Assembly (NCBI RefSeq): GCF_002105155.1
Contig: NW_019029002.1
Coordinates: forward strand, 248,001-312,000
Direction of reading: 5' to 3'
From: Lobosporangium transversale
Taxonomy: Eukaryota
Length of the DNA stretch: 64,000 nucleotides
The notes below the pieces were generated by a model. It had not been told where the DNA came from. It saw only the letters and a list, made by a program, of their open reading frames with translations, and ran no database searches. Position numbers and translations under genes: made by a program. Below are positions 60,867 to 64,000 of the stretch, piece by piece. The first letter of the stretch is position 1. The number at the start of each line of letters is the position of its first letter.

Positions 60867-63800
60867 TCAAAGCTCACGTCGGTCAAGTACCATGCTGCTT
60901 CTGCGACGTGCAATCTTGCCTCCTCGGATAACAAATCCAGATTCACGTGTGAAGTCATTATCCCCGCCCATTGTAAAAGAAGGCGATGATCCTCTGGGAC
61001 CGATTTTGCCACTGCTCGCTTCAGATCCACTTTTGCCATGCTGTGAGTGGATATCATCCTCATCAGATTCAGATTCCGATGATGACTCAAGGATATGTCG
61101 ATCCTCATCTGAGTCTGCTTGTGAGCCATGTGTTGAAAGCTATAAATTCGAGCAAGATGAGGAAAATACATGGGATAAGTGTTAGTCAACCTTAGGAAGG
61201 GGAAGCTTAAAAAAGGTCAATTCTAAGATCATCGTGATTCTTAAATGTTCATCCACTTACTGCGTTATATGGATCATAATATTCTTCACCAGCTTCAGCA
61301 GTCCAATGCCTAGGTTTTTTTCCCAGCAGTTCTTTCCAATTCCATTCGATTCTATAATTTGAGAACCCGGTGTCTAGAGGTGCTGTTTGTTGTGCAGACG
61401 GCATTACTGCTGATATATTATTAGGATTTAGTTTAAACTCAAAGGGTTTCTTTGATAGTAACTTGGGAGTGCCTGGTCCTAATCGCGAGGGTGTACCCGG
61501 CCCAGGGGTCGTTGGACGGCTACCAGCGCGACTGGAGTATCCAGACGCTGATGCGCCATACCGATGGAAAGATGGTGCTAATGGTGTTGAGGGCATGTAA
61601 GGTGAGCCCAAAGGAAGATTTGTCTGAGTATATCTTTCTCCAAAGTACTCTAGTTCATCGAGATCCTGTCCTTGATAGAGCACGTCCTCCTCGCTGTCTG
61701 ATGAGGTGGCAGTGTGCAGAGCAAGAGCTTTTGGGGCCTTCCCTTTGCTCGTCATGCTTGTAGACGTCAAAACACTGTGGCGAGGGAGGTTGGGGTCATT
61801 AGCGTATAGTACACCGCCGGTAGAATGCCTACTAGAGCTAGTGATGGTACTGGAAATTGTTCGCGCCCCTCCGAAACGACTAGTTGCTTGAGGATATCTC
61901 GACAATACTTCCATTGCTTCTGCTGCTGCAGTTGCTGACGCATTCTTCTCGCGAAGGTCTAGTAACTTTTGCCGGTCCTGTACCTCAACGGCTTCCTCTT
62001 CTCGTTCATTACGCTTTAGGATAGGGCTCTTGGTATCAATTTGCAATGAGGATCCGCCATTCTGCTGTCTTCTAAAACCACCTGCTTCAACCTCGAACAT
62101 TGAACCTGAGACCTGAGTGTTGGTTGATATGAAATGGGAGGATTCAGTCTCACTCTCCATCTTGGAGACTGCCTTGCTTGTCATTGTCGTAGTTTTGTGT
62201 CCAACCTTTTGCAAGCTGGCTGAAACTTCTGTACTTTCTGTTTCATCTGATCTTTGCGAGCGTGAGTCGCTACTAGTGACACTAGCATTAGTAACCGCAC
62301 TAGAACTCTTGTTTGTAGTAGTCTGGCTTTGTGTAGTAGTTCGCTGCTCCTGTTGGGCGCTAGTTACTTGGGCATCAGATGTGAGGCGACTAGCCCCTTG
62401 CGTACTACTGAGTGTAACAGCTCGGCGACCCTCTTTGCCAAAATAGCTTCCCGATCTGGGTCCAGCAGGGATCTCAAACATCTTTTCTCCACCAACCGTG
62501 CTAGTGTTGGAGGTAGAGCTAACTTCTACGCCATCCTTAAACTTGCGACGAGTGATTGTTGTTATTACAGTAGTTCTGACGAACCTATATGAGCCGGGTG
62601 TGGTCATTTTGACAGTGGATGAGGCAGATGAAATGGACGAGCTGCTCAAGGCTGCAGTTGAAGTCGCTGTCGTACTGGATTTACGGCCCACTATATTGTC
62701 CTGCGTTGAACTTCTCTCAGCACCTCCAACAGTCGTATGGCTGCCTGTTACCGTAGACAGTTGTCCCTCAGAGCCTTTGGTAGCTTGTCCTGCACGTGTT
62801 CTACCTGGTTGAGCATTCTTTTCTGTAGTATTAGTGACAGCAGTGTCTGTTGCTGATTCAGTAGACCGATGAACTATACCAGACCGGTTTTCAGTAGCAA
62901 TTGCGATCCCCGCTGTGCCAACAGCAGCAGCAACAGCCGCTGCGGCTCTACCACCAGCCCTTTGTATCGCCGTAATATTCGTTGGTTCTTTGTTAGTAGC
63001 GCCAGCGCCACCAAACCATGAAATGTCTCTTGTAGTTCGACGATCCTGTCGAAGAGGAAGAGCAATATCAATCTCGTCATCCTCAATCCGAAGCTTCTTT
63101 TTAACCAGGGATACATTAGGAGGATCCCAGGCATTCCTAAACGTATAGGATGATTCTTCTTGCTGCTTCTGCCGTTGTAGTGCTCTCATTCTTGCGAGCT
63201 TAGCTAGCCTGATCTTCTCGAGTCGCAGCTCTTCCTCCTTGATTCGAGCTTCCTCTTGTTCCTTAGCCCATCTCTCTTCCTCTTCTAATCGTTTCCGGAC
63301 AATCTCGGCCTCATATTGTTCTTGGCGTTGTCTAGCTTCGTATGCAAGCATATCCTCAAGGCCATACCCCTTCCGAATACCCCCAGCGCTACTCTTGCGA
63401 CTCCTTGGCCGTCTCTTCTCAGTCTGTCGAAGAATTGATAACTGAACTCCTCGGTCAATATCCCAGGCATTGACCAATCTGAAGTTCTCGAATGCTTGAC
63501 TTCCAGTCATTTGCTCATGCGCTTCCTCTTTCCTACGGTTTTGCTCATACCGTGCGTACTCTTGATGTCTAATTTGCTCAAGGGCTGCCTCCTCAAGTTC
63601 AAGACGCTTGATTTCCTCTAACTTCTTTTGACGTCGTTGTCCCTCTGCTGTAGCAGCATAATTGTAATATCTTCGAGTGGGCATTCTAGGGCTCTTGGGC
63701 GCGTTCGAATCAGTAGGAGTCTCCCAGGGGAAGACAGGTTTGCCCTTACCAGATGGCACAGGGGTGTCTTCTCCATTCGTTGTATCTTCAATCACTAATG

Positions 63801-64000
63801 GGACTGGCTTCATTTCTGGATGAGTCTTCCGTGGATCTTCAGGTAGATCCCATGCGTTGGGGTAGTACATATCAGGAAGACCCACGGGCTCGGGTATAAT
63901 GCCATTGAAGCTAGATCTCCTGTCATCAACATGGGAGTCAATGTTAGTAGGAAGACGGTAGCGGTAGTCTGTGAGGTGATGTGGATTAGTTTCCTGGCCG
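60867..64000 (-). CDS. 3' part of a large protein, probably glycogenin-like; complement join(61261..>64000,60867..61139)
   Basis: Frame is open to the window edge. YYPNAWD and KPVFPWE resemble motifs of fungal glycogenin C-terminal regions. Coiled-coil and Ser/Thr-rich stretches follow. A gtaagt..tttatag phase-0 intron joins a 91-codon last exon. No GT8 domain lies inside the window. Confidence 0.6.

Noticed and set aside
60842..61189. 115-aa minus ORF and 97-aa plus ORF in the ORF track
   Set aside because: The real last exon uses a different minus-strand frame (60867-61139), defined by splice sites.

Overview
Eukaryotic, intron-containing fungal DNA with GT-AG introns and very frequent 15-40 nt poly(A)/poly(T) tracts. 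Gene content and style fit Mucoromycota, probably Mortierellaceae (inference). Two blocks of intact genes flank a ~21 kb accessory island. Left block: two tandem PAS-domain paralogues, a large PPR protein, a serine-hydrolase/beta-lactamase pseudogene and a 5-exon P4-ATPase flippase. Right block: an SGNH/GDS-DxxH protein, acyl-CoA oxidase, a TBC Rab-GAP, a pogo/Tigger relic abutting a relic with an XPG-like N-terminus and possible TnpB/Fanzor affinity, and the 3' part of a probable glycogenin-like gene. The island (~21.6-43 kb) holds the most unusual feature, a birth-and-death array of IFI6/IFI27 (ISG12)-like genes: one intact copy, one with a single GGA>TGA nonsense codon, and several decayed relics. 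The island also contains a CigA/O-fucosyltransferase-like pseudogene, an intact GMC oxidoreductase, a tRNA-Leu(UAG) with an LTR-like element just upstream, inverted-repeat fragments, and a tRNA-like head followed by a LINE 3' fragment. All homology calls come from motif recognition by eye; no database searches were run.
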